Origin: Hydrolagus affinis
Taxonomy: Eukaryota
DNA: 64,000 bases
Direction of reading: 5' to 3'
NCBI GenBank assembly: GCA_012026655.1
Contig: JAAILG010000654.1
Location: forward strand, 1-64,000
Numbering within the stretch: position 1 is the stretch's first letter; each line of letters begins with the position of its first letter. Below are positions 25,381-38,100 of this stretch, in pieces. The position numbers and the translations under genes were made by a program. A model generated the notes under the pieces. It was not told the DNA's origin, searched no databases, and saw only the letters and a list, made by a program, of their open reading frames with translations.

Positions 25381-27563
25381 AAATTGAATTCAATCTTAAT
25401 TTAAGAATTGGCTTCAAACTTTAGCTTTTGGGGTGAGAGTCCAATGCTCTGCACCTAAAGCCACTCAGTCAGGAAAGCCTTATAAATACAAGGGTTTTTT
25501 CCATTTCCTATCAATGTCACAAGCATGCTGTTCTGCAAATAAATATTTGATCTATCTGTCAATTCTGGTTCTGAAGCAACACACGGCTAAGCTGTAGCAT
25601 CAGCATCAAGTCTCTACATGCAGAACCCTAACCACATGGACAATTGTTTCCAGCTATCAAACCGAGCGCTTCAAGTCCTTAGAAGGAATGCTAATAACAG
25701 ACTAGTTTTGAATCATCCTGATCCACAACTGATTTACTGAATGGAATCTGGACACAGCAACACATTCCATACCTTGTACTAAAGGGCATTCAGTAACAGT
25801 CCGGTATTTCACAACTGCATACGTTCATCAGCAGTTCACAGCACAGCTTTCAAACAAAAACACTTTTTTGACTTTCTGCAATGCTGAACACTCCCGACTT
25901 CATAAATTGGTGCACTCATTTTCATTAATGAAAAAAAACAATCCAGAAATGCTTTAAGTGTCAAGGAACAGCACCAAAACATTCTTGCACGTGATATAAG
26001 GTCTTTCACATTGGAAGGATGTCTCAAAGCGGTTCACAGGATTCCCTATCATGTGTAATGACTGTGTCTTTTGTAGGTGAATGATTAGGTTCGGCCTAAG
26101 GAATGAATGTAGACACAGTGAGAAATGGAGGCTTCCTACTGATTCAATTTTGCACAATGCACTTATAGAGTTATATGCTAGTTTGGTAGGCGTACATACA
26201 ATATTGCCCTCTATGCGGAACAGAAAAACAAACATTATACAGGAAACACACATTTTATCTGGTACTGTATGGTGATTTTTTCTTTAAGAGAAAGGAGTTG
26301 CTTGCGGTGTCCTGGCCAATAATCCTCAGATAAATTGATAATTCACTTTTATGTTGTTTATGGAACCTTGACTTACAAGTTTGCTCACAAATTTTTTAAA
26401 AAATTGGGAAAACTTGAAGATGAAGTCCTTCTGAGACTTTTCAACACTGAATTAAAGGTACTATAATGAGTATTATTACTGTGCAGTGGAATGGAATGAA
26501 ATACCAGAATTGTATCACTTCAAACCAATGTCTTGTACAACCTATTATTTTTGTCTTGGCATACTGAAGGCGTCTGGGTCTCTCACACTTAATAAATGAG
26601 CAAAAAGAAGCAATTATAGCAAAGAATTCACACAATACATAGCTACCTAGTTGAGGAACTCCAGCATGTGTTTCCATTACAGAGCTCTATTCTTCCCCCT
26701 ACCCCACCCCGCCAAAAATAATAAATCAGAAGTAAGCCATCTCCAAAACAATCTATTTAAAGATGTGCAAAGCAGGCTTTGAACTAGCACCAGTGTATTA
26801 GAATTGCCACAAGGGTCTCGCTAAAAGAACATGAAAGTAATTTGCTTCCCATTCCCCCCATTGCTTTTAGTTATGACGAGCCTGACATCAGAGAGGTTTC
26901 GAAAACATTAACAAAAAGAACTTATTTATCTGAGATTTCCAGGGTTTCGAGATTTGAGTCTGTGATGTATACGATACCATCATTCCTATGAGGCATTCAA
27001 TCTCTCCCTTTTGTTTCTGAACCTGTCATTCCTAAAGACAAGTCAAAGCAAAGCTTTGTTTCAACCTTCCCTTAAAAAGAGTACCTCAGACCCAGGGTTA
27101 TCCCACCTCCAGTGTGGAGACACATTATCTCACTGGTCTCAAAGAAAAACAACCAACTTAATGTGTGGATCAAAGGCGACAGCACCTCGGGTCTAATCTC
27201 ACCTCATCCGATGCAGATTGAAGTAGGGCAGGTGAGTGCATGGTTCAGCAATTCATGTTCAGTGAAGAACAAGCTTGTAATTCCTGTCCCAGCTTGTACC
27301 TGGTAACAAGAGGTGCGTCCTGCTGCCCACAACAACCGAGGCGTAGCTTCGCAGCAAACTCACAAAACAACAAGGATACAAAACCACAGGCACACCTCAC
27401 ATATTTGTACAGTGCTGCTTTGGACTCGGCACTGATTCACCAGATCTTAAAGCTCACCTATACACAATAACATAGCAACTGGCATTTTAATAGTAAAGCA
27501 ATTAGTGAAGGCACTTCTCCTGTCTGAAATGGAGCCAGTGTACGTCAGGGAGATTCCTGGTTG

Positions 27564-27850
27564 AATAATAATAATAATCCTTGCAGTTGGTATACAGCAT
27601 TTCACGTTTTCTAGACATCTCAAAGTACTTTACAGAATGTACTGTAAAGTGTATTGACTGCATATTTGTAGGCGAACTTCAGCAACAGTGTCCCACAAAC
27701 AGTCGTGGATTGAAATGACAATTTTTTTTGAGGGATTATTATTAGGCCTGTAGAGTAAGGAAACTTGCCCAAGGTTTTGCCCTGCCTGGAATCGAACCCA
27801 GGTCTCTCACTTGTAAGGCAAGTACTCTAACCACTGAGCTACAGAACTCC
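27564..27850 (-). mobile_element. tRNA/Deu SINE, short form
   Basis: Reverse-complement copy of 56607-56899, with B-box ggttcgattcc and (TAA)n tail. Confidence 0.88.
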
Positions 27851-28294
27851 ACATTTCTAATGTGCCAAGTTCACTTGGCGTGGGTAGTAATTGGGGTGCG
27901 CTGAGATCAGTATCAGCACCCCTTACTTGAACATAGCTCACCGATGCCTCTGATTATTAGCAGTGACTTCCATCGACATTTTTGTGGGCATGTTAGATTG
28001 CGACAGGGTTAGGTTTGGCTGTTATACTCCTATTGTAACACATCCTGTTGAAACTCGCTACCTGGATCCACTTGTGAAAGGCACACAAGGCAGCTACGGA
28101 CAGCAGAGTATGAACAAGGGGAAAATATAAGCTACATTTTAATCACAAAATGTACTGTGGAGAGACAGTACCCATTCCCACATAACTCTAGGTTTTCTTT
28201 AGTTTTTAATATATACCATTGGATATTGACTTTGTAACAGCACAATGCTAAACATCACATGAATGAAACCCTTCACAGTGTTCCAATTTATATA

Positions 28295-28765
28295 ATAATA
28301 ATCCTTGCATTTAATATAGCACCTTACCATGATATCAAAATGTCTCATGGCACCTCATCTATTTAGACTGTAAGAATAATAATCCTTGGATTTGATATGG
28401 CGCTTTTCACGTCCTCTAAACGTCTCAAAGCGTTTCACTGAATACACAGTACTGTAAAGTGAATTAAATGTGCATTTGTGGGCGAAATATAATGTGTAGT
28501 GACTGTATTTTTAGAGGAATGCGACAGTCAATTTGCACACAGCCAATTTTCCACAAATGGCTACGAAGTGAGTGAATCAACAATTTTATCTGAACAGGAC
28601 ACTGCCTCCTCTATAGTATCCTTAGCATCTACCTGAACAGGCAGTGAGGACCTCGATTTAACACATCGTCTGAGGGGCAGCAGTTGCAAAAACACAGCAA
28701 TCCCCAGCATGGCATTGGAGAGTCAGTCTAGGATCTCAAAGTTCTGATGTGGGGTTGGAATTTAA
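28295..28765 (-). mobile_element. Tandem Deu-SINE tails plus older SacSINE1-like body
   Basis: Two consecutive ataatccttg(c/g)attt tails, then aatttgcacacagc, acctgaacaggcag and gcattggagagtcagtctag. Confidence 0.7.
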
Positions 28766-29582
28766 AGTCATTTGTTAAAAAGCGATTCAATGTTTGTAAC
28801 GTGATGAATTAACTTGATAGAAAGTTCAGAATTAAAAAAAATAGCAACAACAAAAAAAAACTACCAACAAGACTTTACAATAGTTTGACTGACACGAATG
28901 GAAGTGTTGAGTGTTGTTTGGGGTGGGTAATTATTTCCTGCCTATCTCTTATAAAATGGTACCACATCTGAGAAAAAAAAACTGTGTGTAACGTTGTTTA
29001 CATCACCTTAACTTAACTGAAACATTACAACTTTGTCATATATAATCAAGCTCGGTTTTGCTTAATTCAGAATGTTAGGAGCCCGAACAAGAGGGAAAAG
29101 GCGGGCTGGCAGGCACAGCACAGCACACAGGAGCTTAAATTACACCCTTTCTTTGCAGCTCACCTTGACTGCAGTCTGACATCTGCCTTTTGTGATTCAT
29201 CAGTCAGGATGCACTGTGATTTAATCGCCTCCGGGCACAAAACTCGCACCATCACCAGAGCAGTATGCAAGGCAACCTCCACAACACACCCCTGCGGTTA
29301 GCTGTGAGTGCCTTCCTAGGTTGCCAACACACCCTTTTTTTATATATATATATTTCTAGGCAAACAGCTTCCAGCAGGGCTTTTCACAACTGCTTCACAC
29401 CCTGACAAGAGCTCAACTGGAATATGAAACACCCTCATTGTTGTGCTCTTTACCTGTACGGTGACTAGTGTTTTTTTTAAACCAAAATTCGGAGACACAT
29501 AAAATAAATTGAACTCATCACGGTTTCCGTTGCTGGTAGCACTAGCGAACCTGGTTAGATTAACAGCTGTATTTCTTTGATG

Positions 29583-29880
29583 ATAATAATAATAATCCTT
29601 GCATCTGATTTAGCGCTTTTCACATCTTCTAGACGTCTCAAAGCGCTTCAAGGAATATACTGTAAAGTGAATTGACTGTATATTTTGTGGGCGAAACGCA
29701 GCAGCCAGTGCTCCACAAACAGTCGTGGATTGAAAATGACCAATTTATTATTGGTTTTTTTTGAGGGATTAATATTAGGCGTGTGGAGTAAGGAACCTTG
29801 CCCAAGGTTTCACCCTGCCAGGAATCGAACCCAGGTCTCTCGTCGGCGAAGCTAGTGCTCTAACTACTGAGCTACAGAGC
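29583..29880 (-). mobile_element. tRNA/Deu SINE, short form
   Basis: Well-preserved reverse copy with A-box tagctcagtagt, B-box ggttcgattcc and (TAA)n tail. Confidence 0.9.
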
Positions 29881-30629
29881 ATTATGGTGAATGTAGCTTG
29901 TTTTAAAACAACTCAAGGCAGGGCAAACGTGGCCCCAGGGACACACGACCTCACCCAGGGTCTGTCCCCGGAAATCAGGTCATCCTTTCTCATGGGCTGA
30001 AGCACTCGCCCAACCAGTAATGTGATTCCCTGTGAAATCTGCTCTTTGCAATAAACTTAGTTCTGCGGCAGACTTGAAAGGATGACCCAGCCTCTGACTC
30101 CCAGAATAGAATATCTCATTTAACTGTCTTCTTTTAACATTACTGTACTTTATTTACTGACTACTTTACCAGTGAGTCATCTTTGCAAAAAGAACTCGGC
30201 TTTACTAGAAGCCGATTTATGTCCACAGTTTAGTTATCTAAGCTCCCTGTTCCCCCTACGAGAAACAAGGACACTTTTTTTCCCTCATTCGTATAAATAA
30301 GTCTTGAGCTAACATTGACCTTCCTAACGTTACGTTACCGGAGATGAACAGGACAAACTCTCTGGTAAACTAGGCACAGAGTTCCCAGAGAGTCCCAGAG
30401 TTGGAAGCAGACTCTGGCAATACTCAAATCACATCATTCAGCCCTGAACTGTAATTAAAAGTAACTTGAACAGCAGTGGGAGGATATGTGGCCCCTGCAA
30501 TCTCTGCAGGCGTTCACTGACCTATTGTGGACCTTCCCAGAGAGAAGAGCAGAGCCAAACTTAACAGAGATTTCATCCCATTAGCATTCACTGAGCCCCG
30601 GGCTTACACGCTTAACACAATGTACTTAC

Positions 30630-30644
30630 CAAATAGTTCATCAT
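30630..30644 (-). CDS. BCAR1: BCAR1 first coding micro-exon (ATG ATG AAC TAT TTG = MMNYL)
   Basis: Minus strand reads atgatgaactatttg|gtaagt, a consensus donor in phase 0. Joined to exon 2 it gives MNYL-NVLAKALY, matching known MNHL/MKYL-NVLAK N-termini. There is an in-frame upstream stop near 30750. Confidence 0.88.
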
Positions 30645-30699
30645 CGACTTCAGTTCAGTAATATAACAAAAACGACCCCAGCTCCTCAGCACCTGAAAA

Positions 30700-30960
30700 T
30701 AAAGTTCCTCTACGAGCAGTTCCCCCGTACTCTGCTTAAATTTAATACATCATCCAGTAGTGTGACTTCACTTGTGTGGTATGAGGTACTGAACTGCCTT
30801 GCAACCACACTGACTGAAGCAAATGCTTGTTGAGTAACCTTATACTTTCCGAAGGACTTGAGACATACTCACAACGGCTCTGGCTGCGACAGGATTGGTC
30901 CCAGTCAGCTTTTTGTATGTAAATGAGTTTCCACTTGAAATGCTATTGTGAGAGAGCCCT
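30700..30960 (-). promoter_or_regulatory. Candidate promoter/5' UTR region of the MNYL first exon
   Basis: Repeat-free DNA directly upstream of the MNYL exon, with CCAAT on the minus strand (attgg ~30894) and an octamer-like ATGTAAAT (~30917). Positional inference only. Confidence 0.35.
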
Positions 30961-31589
30961 GCCACTGAATGGCGCTGTACAGAATCAACACACTTTACAA
31001 AGGCAGAGAGATGCACTTTTACGTTTGATTTCCTACATCAAATGTAAGGATTATCACTGGTCGCATTAAATAGCCTAGATTCCTATTTGTTGATCCCGGC
31101 ACTGAAGTGAAAGAAACAGCTCAGGCAATTTGGCGATATTTCTTAATTCAGAAAGTGATTTCCTATTTAAGATTATCACTCAGGTCACTTCACTTCCACG
31201 GAACCCTCCCCCCACTCACTCCCCTCCCACTCTGAAAATAAATCGTGCCAGAGAGGAGTTCCCACAGTGGGCCTGATATAATTCTGGATTTCTTAATTAA
31301 CTGGAACATTGGCGCTATTATCCTTTTTTACTTGATTTCACTTTAAATTTAACTATTTGAAGAAATCAAATCTAAAGATACATTAGCAATGTTTCAGGCT
31401 CCAGACCCATCCCACATGGTGTGATTCTGAACGCCGACCGATTAGCACAATGTGATTTTCTTCCATGCAATTGAGAAAATCTTCCCTCTTTTCCTTCCAA
31501 GAACATAATAGAACTACCTCCCCACCCACCACACACACACACACACACATACTTCTACTCTCCTGAAGACAGCGGCTCATGCTGGGGTA

Positions 31590-31770
31590 GAAAGATGAAA
31601 ACAGGAGTAGGCCATTCAGCCCCTCGAACTTGTTCCGCCATTCTATAGGATCATGGCTGATCTGCACCTCAGGTCCATTTACCCACCTCTGCCCCATATC
31701 CCTTAATACCCTGACCTAACTAATAGCTATCAGTCTTGAAGATGTGAATTGATCCATCATCCACTGGCTT
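31590..31770 (-). mobile_element. CR1 LINE 3' UTR fragment
   Basis: aggagtaggccattcagcccctcga...atcatggctgatctg, the typical chondrichthyan CR1 3' UTR. Confidence 0.8.
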
Positions 31771-32359
31771 TGGGTATCATTTTATGATTCCCTCACACCT
31801 CAGTTTGGAGCCAGTCTGAGCCTTCCTGTGCACATCCTCACAATCTAATGTCCCGACTGTTGAGATACACCAATAGGAAAACAACTGTGCACACTGCCCC
31901 CACACTGTTACATCTTCATGTGATACACGCAACAAATTGACAATCTCCTGACTATGCAGAGCTACATGCCAGAATGGTAATAAAACCAGGCTGTCAGTGT
32001 GAAGACCATTCCCTTGGGCTGCTGAAGCTCACCAGCTCACTTTCCCCAGTCCCACACTCCACTCGTCCGTTTAATATTTGAAAATGCTTTGACAGATTTG
32101 AAGGACTAAACCCGGGAGCTCTATCTGAGTGTTGATGACAAGTTCCAAGATGAAACAAACGCACAATAGGCAAATAATAATAATTGTTGCATTCGATATA
32201 ATGCCGTTGAAACATCTCAAAGCACCTCACAGGATGTTATTGTTAAGCGCTCTGAGACGCCGTCCAGCGTGGAGGGCGCTATATAAATAGAAGTTGTTGT
32301 TGTTAAGTGTAGTGGCTGTGTATTTGTACTCAGTAATGAATATAATTGGATGTAGCAGG

Positions 32360-32590
32360 ACCGTTATCCAGGACCCCAAGAGAAACTCCCTTCTCTTTTC
32401 GAATAGTATGGGACCTCAGACTTCACATCTTTTCCAAAGGGCATCACCTCCAACAGCTCAGCACAGCCCCCCAGGTACTGGATTGGAATGTCAGCCTTGA
32501 CAATATTAGTTCCAAGTCCTGATATGAGGACTTGAACCCACAACCTTCTGAATCAGAAAGGTGAAAGGTGAGAGAGCCACGCTGACACCC
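32360..32590 (-). mobile_element. Older SacSINE1-like Deu-SINE 5' part (similar relics at ~13000-13190, 37560-38035, 51540-51830, 58910-59110, 60910-61060)
   Basis: tggaatgtcagcct...ggacttgaacccacaaccttctgaatcaga resembles the shark Deu-SINE head as I recall it; the family name is from memory. Confidence 0.65.
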
Positions 32591-32765
32591 TCAGCAGTTC
32601 ATGAAAGTGTTATTTTCATTACTGTGTAGCTACTTCACATTGTCACTGTTACATCTCACTTAGATTGCTGTTTACATTGTCTGTAGATACCCCTCTGTTA
32701 TATTTGCTGGAAAGTTAGTTTATTAGTTTCAAAAATCACAATCTTTGTAAAATGGAAACAGTAAA

Positions 32766-32873
32766 GAAGTTTCTTTCAAGACCCACCCAAGTATTATAAT
32801 CCACCCTACCGTCCTACTCTGCTAATGGTAGGGTGGATCATATAATGGTAGGGTGGGTCTTGAATGAAACCTC
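32766..32873. repeat. ~108-bp imperfect palindrome (probable MITE relic)
   Basis: Left arm gaagtttctttcaagacccacccaagtattataatccaccctacc pairs with right arm ggtagggtggatcatataatggtagggtgggtcttgaatgaaacctc. No clear TSD. Confidence 0.7.
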
Positions 32874-33414
32874 TTCATCCAAACCTCTCTTGTAATCTTG
32901 TGAAATGGCAAAGCCTTCACACTCCTCTGTTATTCTGATAACACCTAGACAGTATCGCAAGCCACCTGGAACTGTGGTTCTCATGGAAATTGACCAACCA
33001 GTGACGAGGCGAATCCCCAAAAGGAAAAGCACCATCTAATCTTTTCTCTCGCTCCTTACCTTTTCGTCAACATCTATCCAGTACTGATCTGTGAATGTTT
33101 ATGAATGGGGTCTCCCTTAATTTACAAATGCACTTGAGGGAAAGGGGAATTAACCAAACCAGGAGGGCAAAATGATTAAAGAAAATCTCCAATTAAATTA
33201 AGCACCCAAATTATACTTATAACAATAAAATAATAGTTACATTTGATAAAGCGACTTTCACTTTGGGAGGAAGTCTAAAAACGCTTCACAGTATTTACCG
33301 TATAGTTACTGTGTATTTTGTAGACAAAAATCATGTGCAAAAAATAATTCAATTGGACCATGAAAGACTGCAGGAGAAGCAAGCTCAGTCAGGGTTACAC
33401 TAATAATAGTAATA

Positions 33415-33600
33415 CAGTAAAAGCCCCTTTATCCGTGACCCGATCAATCATAACTTCTGTACAACCGGCACTCAAAAAAAAGTCCCCATTCGATTAACCG
33501 GAATTTATCCGGCACAATGTATTTGTTTTAATATCCAGCACGCGCTTTAACCGGCATTGGCCAGGTCCCGAGGGTCGTGCTGGAAAACGGGCTTTCACTG
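33415..33600. mobile_element. Tc1/mariner-pogo (Tigger-like) MITE, 186 bp
   Basis: TA|CAGTAAAAGCCCCTTTATCC ... GGAAAACGGGCTTTCACTG|TA: imperfect TIRs with CAGT termini and TA TSD, plus internal repeated aaccgg/atccgg motifs. Confidence 0.85.
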
Positions 33601-33807
33601 TAATAATAATCCTTGCATTTGATATAGCGCTTTTCATGTCTTCTAGATGTCTCAAAGCGCTTCACAAAATATAGTATAAAGTGAGTTGACTGTAATTTTG
33701 TGGGTGAAATGTGGCAGACAATTGTGCAAGTACACAGTACAATCCACAGTCGTGGATTGAAATTACCAATTTATTATTGTTTTTATTTTTTGAGGGATTA
33801 TTATTAT
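33601..33807 (-). mobile_element. tRNA/Deu SINE, 5'-truncated
   Basis: Tail ataatccttgcatttgatatagcgc through body to gagggattatta; head absent. Confidence 0.85.
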
Positions 33808-34761
33808 CATCAATAGCTGTAAAGGGGACGTTTAAAGGCACCACAAACCCTCTTCTCATTCTACAATTTTAATTTTAGCTTCTAAAGCGTGATGTCGTTC
33901 CTCAGCGGAGGAGTCAGCAAAGAGTGTAAGCTTGGAATTAATTAACAGCTTAGCAACAGCTTGACTTGTTACCAGTAGCATGGACCTCAGCAAGACGGTG
34001 ACCCAACACACCATCACTAGGCTTGTCAGCAGTGTATGTTATGGAGTGACCTGGTGGCGTGATCCATCTATGAAGAAGCTACTATGTGATTAATCTCTTT
34101 GCAAACAGCACCGTTGAGAGGTTCTATTTGCAAGCCAAATATTCCAGATGGCAATGCCCTTTTAAATGCACTGCAGGATTTTCCAGAGTTACTATGGACA
34201 CTTCCCTGTGCTGGTTTCACAGGTTAAAGAGAGAGAGAGAGAGAGAGGCCTGAAATGGGTGGAGTAATTGTACTCACCGAGACTGCAGTTTATTTTTGCA
34301 AAGCTAAGCAAGTCCGAGGAATTTGCTGTTCATTTATTTAATCTTCCAATTAGGTATTCGGCTGAGAACAAATCTATTTAAAGAATCAGAATTTTACCTA
34401 AGCAATTTTTGTATGGTATCCATTACGTTAGCCGTTGGGAGCGTAAAAGCTTTTCCCAGAGAAGTCGGGAGGAGGTGTGGTATCCCAGTGGGTTATCCTG
34501 AGAAAATGCCCTTTTAAACACAGCCTCCTTTTCCCTGGTAACATTCCTCCTCCGTTGACAGGAAACAAGGAGGAAACATGGCATTTAATTTGCACTCAAC
34601 AATAATTACATTCCAGAAGTGCAGTTTGAAGATTTCAAGATTGCAAGATGTTGCATGTGGATCCCGTAGTGAAAAACAATCTATAATTTCATTTCTGCAT
34701 AAGAAACAGCAAACATTTTATGAACTCTTACTGCTTCCCCTTGATACAAAAATAATAAAAA

Positions 34762-35103
34762 GTAATAATCCTTGTATTTATTATAGCGTTTTATTATGTC
34801 TTCGAGACATCTCGAATGTATCACAGAATATATTACAAAGTGAATTTGTGGGCGAAATGTGGCAGCCAATTATGCACAGCAGTGATCCACACACAGTCAT
34901 GAACTGAGTGCCAATTTTTATTGAGGAATTATTAACCCCAGAAAAGTTATCTGCCAATCAACTAAAAAGTGGGTTCCCACTTAATGCTAGGTAAACAGAG
35001 GCTTGGGCAGTAAGGAAACTTACCCAGAATTTTGCCCAGTCGAGAATCGAACCCAGGTCTCTCGCTTGCAAGGAAAGTGCCCTAAACACTGAGCTAAAGG
35101 ACT
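34762..35103 (-). mobile_element. tRNA/Deu SINE, long form
   Basis: Same head and tail plus an extra ~65-bp segment (ggttcccacttaatgctaggtaaacagaggc). Confidence 0.87.
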
Positions 35104-38100
35104 AGTTGGGATTGAAAATTCAGTGTGAAGTGAACTGTGAAAAGAGTGGGCACAAGCAAACCAACACTGTGTAGTATAGGGACACAGCATCAGTGAACCA
35201 GTGCTCTGTCATCGGGCATCTTATTTCCCTTTAACAAAATGTTCATCTTGTTTATCACTCGCCACAGTTCCCATCGGTCTCCCCTTGGCTCTTTTCCTGA
35301 CAGTCACAGACATTTGCTGGAGCATGGTTCCACAGGCACCAGCAGCCCTCCAGTCCCCGCCACAGACACCGCTGTGGGCTGCTGCGATTTGCCCATAAAA
35401 TATACAGTCAATTCACTTCACAGTATATTCTGGGAAGAGCTTTTAAGATGTTTTGAAGACATGATAAGGCACTGTATCAAATGCAAGGATTATTATCACC
35501 CAAGGCGATCAATCCTCACTTGTGAGAATGAACAGTAACATTTGGGAATTTATTTGACAGTGATTTGACCTGTCATGCTGACACCCACATACAGTCCGCA
35601 TACATTCCAGTAGTAGTTTCTGGATAGCAAATAGGAGTGGTAAACTTGGCTGATCTTATTACCCTTTCCTGGCCCAGTAAAGTCAATCATAGCTCCCCCT
35701 CCCCCCACCCACCCCAAAGTGCTAGGATCATCTAACCAAACAAGTGACAGGACTGACTGCTTGTCAAACTTGCAGCTTTTTATTCTGCGTGGCTTAGTTC
35801 CTCACCAGGCAGTTTCTTCAAGTACATTAGAGTGAAACTCCACAAAATGCCTTGTTTTAAAGTTAAGCCATTTTTCTTGCTCATGACTTCACAGATCTGC
35901 TGCACAATAAAAGTTCAAGCCCATGCCTCCATTCTGGGTCCATAAACAATAGGCTGACACTTACGTTGATAACCTTTCGCCCATCACCAGCTCTCCCTGG
36001 TATGTTTTCTTTGGACTGCACAGCACTTAGTGAACATTCACTGAGACCCATTGGGAAACAAGGAAAACAAATGGCAAACAGCAGTTCTGCAAATAAAATT
36101 GACAGCCTGTTTGTTACAAGTTGCATAACGTAAAAGGCTGAATATGTTCGCTCTCCGAAAGTGCTATTGACACTGGAAAATTCATTCCTTTCATTATGAA
36201 TGAGTTGAGGGGGAGGGAGTGAGGATGTGGGGAGCAAAAGCAAACCCCCCCATCATCATTCTCTTGAACCTAATTCGTTCTGAGAAAAGCTGATGGGAAC
36301 ATTTCAGGAATGTGCTACTTTCCCAAAAGAAACGTATCTCATCCCAATAATGAAGGCAGTGGTATTTCCTCTCTGGAGCTAAAGCACTCTGGGGTTACCT
36401 TTGCTATTTAATGAGGTTTGCAAGCATAGTATACCCAACCGGCTAAATTAAAGACATGCGTGTCCTCCCATGACCTATCTTGACGGGTTCATGTGTACTT
36501 GGGGCTTTTCTCGGAGCTTCAGAACACTATTGGAGAATTGTGGATAATATATTACAGATGAAGAATTTCTTGAGAGTCATTTAAAAAATGCCGTTCACTT
36601 GTATTACACTGGATCCCTCCCGGGTGCTGGGGGACCCACACCACTTTCAAAGCCCGCATGTTTTCCATCACATAAAAAACTCTGTCAAAATGATTTGGGA
36701 TATGTATCTGCTGTGCGTTGAACATTATGAATTGTATCTGCAGAGCGGTGTGCAGCCATAGATCACTGCCTTGTTTACGAGGTTTCCTACATGATGTCAA
36801 ACTTAGTGGCTCGTTGAGTATCAGTCTTATTTTACACCAACCATGGGATGTTTGAACTGTGTAAACTATCAATCCAAGCTGCTTGTTTCAGTGCAATGCA
36901 GACATGCTGCCCGGCAGCTGGACTGAAGGTGCACAAATAAGTGGCTCATTCAGAGGGTCAGCAAACGAAGGTCAGCCTGGACTGTTTCGTGATCTCTATA
37001 GATGTTGCATTGGTTCTCAAGTGGCCTCAGAAAGAAGCCATTCCTGATGCTCGACTCTCCAAGTTGACCACGTCAAATCTTTAGAAAAAAAACATTCCGT
37101 CCTGCACAAAAATAGAACGTCCCTTTGGCCCAAGTAGATGCTGACAACCCCCTCCACACTCCCTCCCTCCTTCGTCCCCCACTCACCACTCTCCATCAGA
37201 GCATGTGATCGAAAAGTAGGGCTGATTTTACAATATAATATTCCTTCACTGAATTCCTTAATAAGAAATCCCATCAACCAAAGAACAACATAGATTGCAT
37301 CAGAATACTGTTCATGAAGTAAACATGACTTGATTCCAGTTACTCATAGAGTTCCCCATTTGCACCAGTCAGATTTCTCATTAAGTACCGCAAGTGAGAT
37401 CTCAATGTCCTTTCCTCCCTGTGGTTGTAGAACTTGGATAGAGGCACAGGGAACTTAAAAGAACTGAATATTATTCAAGTATTTTGCTACAATGTACATT
37501 GGAATACTGGTCCTCAGCAGTTGCCAGGATAACAGGTCTATCAGTTTGGTTGTTAAAATATAATAACATTAATCCTTGCATTTTATATAGCACCATATCA
37601 TACCATCAAAATGTCTCAAAAGTTCTTTGCTGGATTTACTTTGAAGCATAATGATGTGTGTTTTATACATAAACTAGGCAGATATGCACACAAACAGGCA
37701 TGAAGTGAATGATAAATTTTATCTGAGCTGTTGCTGGCCAGGACACCAAAATAAATTATTTTTCCTTGTCAACTAGTGCTACGGGATCTTTCACGTCCAC
37801 CTGAACAGGTTTAAAGTCTCCCTCCAGGGATGGCAGCTCCAACAATGCAACAACAACCACCACAAAATTACATTTCTATAGCGCCCTTCACATCGGGAGG
37901 ACATCCTCGGGCGCTGAAAGGTCAGGAACAGCAGAGCAATGGAATGTCAAACAAGACTGTGAGCTCAAAGTACCAATGTGGGGTTTGCATCCACAACCTT
38001 CTGGCAAGAAGGTTACCAATGGAGCCAGGCTGACGCTTAAATCTAATGATATTTTGAACACTTTAAAAAAAAATCATTACCTACCGCCCTATGAATTAAA

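Noticed and set aside
29800-29880. tRNA genes at A/B-box-containing segments
   Set aside because: These are SINE heads continuing into SINE body and tail, with no intact cloverleaf.
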